Positions 62,234-63,825 of a stretch of DNA of 63,825 nt are shown here, piece after piece. Origin of the DNA: an uncultured Acetobacteraceae bacterium (GTDB lineage: Bacteria; Pseudomonadota; Alphaproteobacteria; Acetobacterales; Acetobacteraceae); assembly GCA_964245755.1 (NCBI GenBank), contig CAXTNV010000004.1, forward strand, positions 1-63,825, written 5' to 3'. How positions within the stretch are numbered: the stretch's first letter is position 1; the number at the start of each line of letters is the position of its first letter. The position numbers and the translations under genes were made by a program. Below the pieces are notes generated by a model. It made no database searches, had not been told where the DNA came from, and worked only from the letters and a program-made list of their open reading frames with translations.

Positions 62234-63774
62234 CGCAGGCGCCTCCGGTGGCGCGTGCCTCGGCCCGCGACTGGGCCGCCGTGGTGAGCGCCATGCTCGG
62301 CGCATTCATGGCGATCCTGGACATCCAGATCACCAACGCCTCGCTCGCCAACATCGAGGGCGCGGTCGGTGCGTCGCCCACGCAGGGCAGCTGGATCTCC
62401 ACGGCGTATCTGATCGCCGAGATCATCACCATCCCGCTGACGGGCTGGCTCGGCCAGGTGATCGGGCTGAAGCGCTACCTGATCGCCAACTCGGTGATGT
62501 TCCTGGTGTTCTCGCTGTGCTGCGCCTGGTCGGACAGCCTGATGACGCTGATCCTGAGCCGTTGCGGCCAGGGGTTCTGCGGCGGAGTGCTGATCCCGAC
62601 CGCCGTCACCATCCTGCGCACCCGGCTGCCGCGCGCGCAGCAGCCGATCGGGATCTCCATCTTCGGTCTCACCGCGACGCTGGCCCCGGCGCTCGGGCCG
62701 ACGCTCGGCGGCTGGCTGACCGACAACCTGTCCTGGCACTACCTGTTCTACATCAACCTGCTGCCCGGCGCGGTGACGCTGGTGATGTTCGGCGGCGCGC
62801 TCGATCGGGCGCCGGCCCACTGGCGCGAGCTCCAACGCGGCGACTGGTTGGGGATCGTGCTCATGGCCGTCGGCCTGTCCTCGCTCACGGTGGTGCTCGA
62901 GGAGGGACAGCGCGAGACATGGTTCGGGTCGGACCTGATCCGGACGCTGAGCGTCGCGGCGGCCCTCGGCATCGTCGGCTTCGTCGCGCGCGAGCTGACC
63001 GCGAGGGTGCCGCTGATCAACCTGCGGCTGCTGGGCAACCGATCGGTCGGAAGTGCGTGCCTGCTGATGACCGTGTTCGGCGCCGTCTCGCTTGGCTCGG
63101 TGTACATCATCCCGCTCTATTGCGCGCAGATCCAGGGCTACAACCCCGAGCAGATCGGCGAGGTCGTGATGTGGAGCGGGTTGCCGCAGCTGGCGATCTT
63201 TCCGCTGATGCCGCGTCTGATGCGGCGCTTCGATCCGAGGCTGCTGGTCGCCGCCGGGACATTGCTGTTCGCGGTCAGCTGCTTCATCGACACGGCGCTG
63301 ACGCAGGATGTCGGCATGCGGCAGCTGATCCTGCCGCAGGTGCTGCGCGCCATCGGCCAGCCACTTTTCGCGGTGCCGCTGTCGCAGCTGGCGACCGCGG
63401 GGCTGCCGCCGCGCGACACCGCGGACGCGGCGGCGCTGTCGTCGATGATGCGCAACCTCGGCGGCTCGATGTGCATCGCGATGATCTCGACCGTCATCGA
63501 GCGGCGGGAACATTTCCACTTCTCGGTGATCGCCGGGCGACTGAGCGCGAATGACCTGATGGTGCAGCAGCGGGTGGCGGCGCTCGCTTCGAGGGGCGGG
63601 CCGGTGGACGCCACGATGGCGCATCTGCAAGCGATGGCGAGGCTCGCGGCACAGGTCCGGCAGCAGGCGACGATCATGTCCTACGCCGACGCCTTCGGGA
63701 TCATCGGCGTCACCCTGATGGCGTGTCTTCTCGCTCTCGTTCTGCTGCGCAAGCCGGCGCCGCGCCCGGCCTAG
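62230..63774 (+). CDS. DHA2/EmrB-family multidrug efflux MFS permease
   Basis: FMAILDIQITN, WISTAYLIAE, APALGPTLGGW, FYINL and MRNLGGS. GTGA overlap with the upstream gene. Confidence 0.94.
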   Translation: MTQAPPVARASARDWAAVVSAMLGAFMAILDIQITNASLANIEGAVGASPTQGSWISTAYLIAEIITIPLTGWLGQVIGLKRYLIANSVMFLVFSLCCAWSDSLMTLILSRCGQGFCGGVLIPTAVTILRTRLPRAQQPIGISIFGLTATLAPALGPTLGGWLTDNLSWHYLFYINLLPGAVTLVMFGGALDRAPAHWRELQRGDWLGIVLMAVGLSSLTVVLEEGQRETWFGSDLIRTLSVAAALGIVGFVARELTARVPLINLRLLGNRSVGSACLLMTVFGAVSLGSVYIIPLYCAQIQGYNPEQIGEVVMWSGLPQLAIFPLMPRLMRRFDPRLLVAAGTLLFAVSCFIDTALTQDVGMRQLILPQVLRAIGQPLFAVPLSQLATAGLPPRDTADAAALSSMMRNLGGSMCIAMISTVIERREHFHFSVIAGRLSANDLMVQQRVAALASRGGPVDATMAHLQAMARLAAQVRQQATIMSYADAFGIIGVTLMACLLALVLLRKPAPRPA

Positions 63775-63825
63775 AGCGTAACGGTAAGGGCGCGCGACCG
63801 AGCCGGCCCGGCGCCGGTCTCTCCC

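Noticed and set aside
59408-63630. Long ORFs 59408..61066 (+), the N-terminal extension of 60302..62020 (-) and 61999..63630 (-)
   Set aside because: They overlap well-supported SDR, TetR and Emr genes on the opposite strand and have Arg/Gly-rich nonsense composition.

Overview
GC-rich bacterial window, most likely an alphaproteobacterium. The TonB-receptor N-terminus and gene style suggest Acetobacteraceae, which is an inference. No rRNA, tRNA, CRISPR or transposase was recognised. (1) 1-14 kb: a GntR-linked catabolic locus with a partial TonB-dependent receptor, an Opp/Dpp-type ABC importer, M32 carboxypeptidase, isoaspartyl peptidase/asparaginase, creatininase-family hydrolase, ketopantoate-reductase-like enzyme, SDR and a decayed AstE/aspartoacylase gene. 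(2) 14.5-35.7 kb: a mosaic of two S53 sedolisin proteases, a beta-propeller GGDEF-EAL sensor, a coupled DHH nuclease + uvsE pair, Nudix, MFS, CHAP, CPA1 antiporter, small redox genes and several gene relics. (3) 35.8-55.3 kb: a large inositol catabolic cluster (iolR, iolG, ABC, iolCDEB, mmsA, three Gfo/Idh/MocA dehydrogenases) with four GGAA-N6-TTCC boxes and an extra LacI/PhyH-dioxygenase/SDR module. (4) 55.4-63.8 kb: TetR/MFS efflux modules, including an EmrA-like gene broken by one amber codon. The best candidates for undescribed biology are the peptide/amide scavenging locus, the PhyH-containing cyclitol entry module and the DHH-UvsE repair pair. All family assignments come from motif recognition by eye, not database searches.
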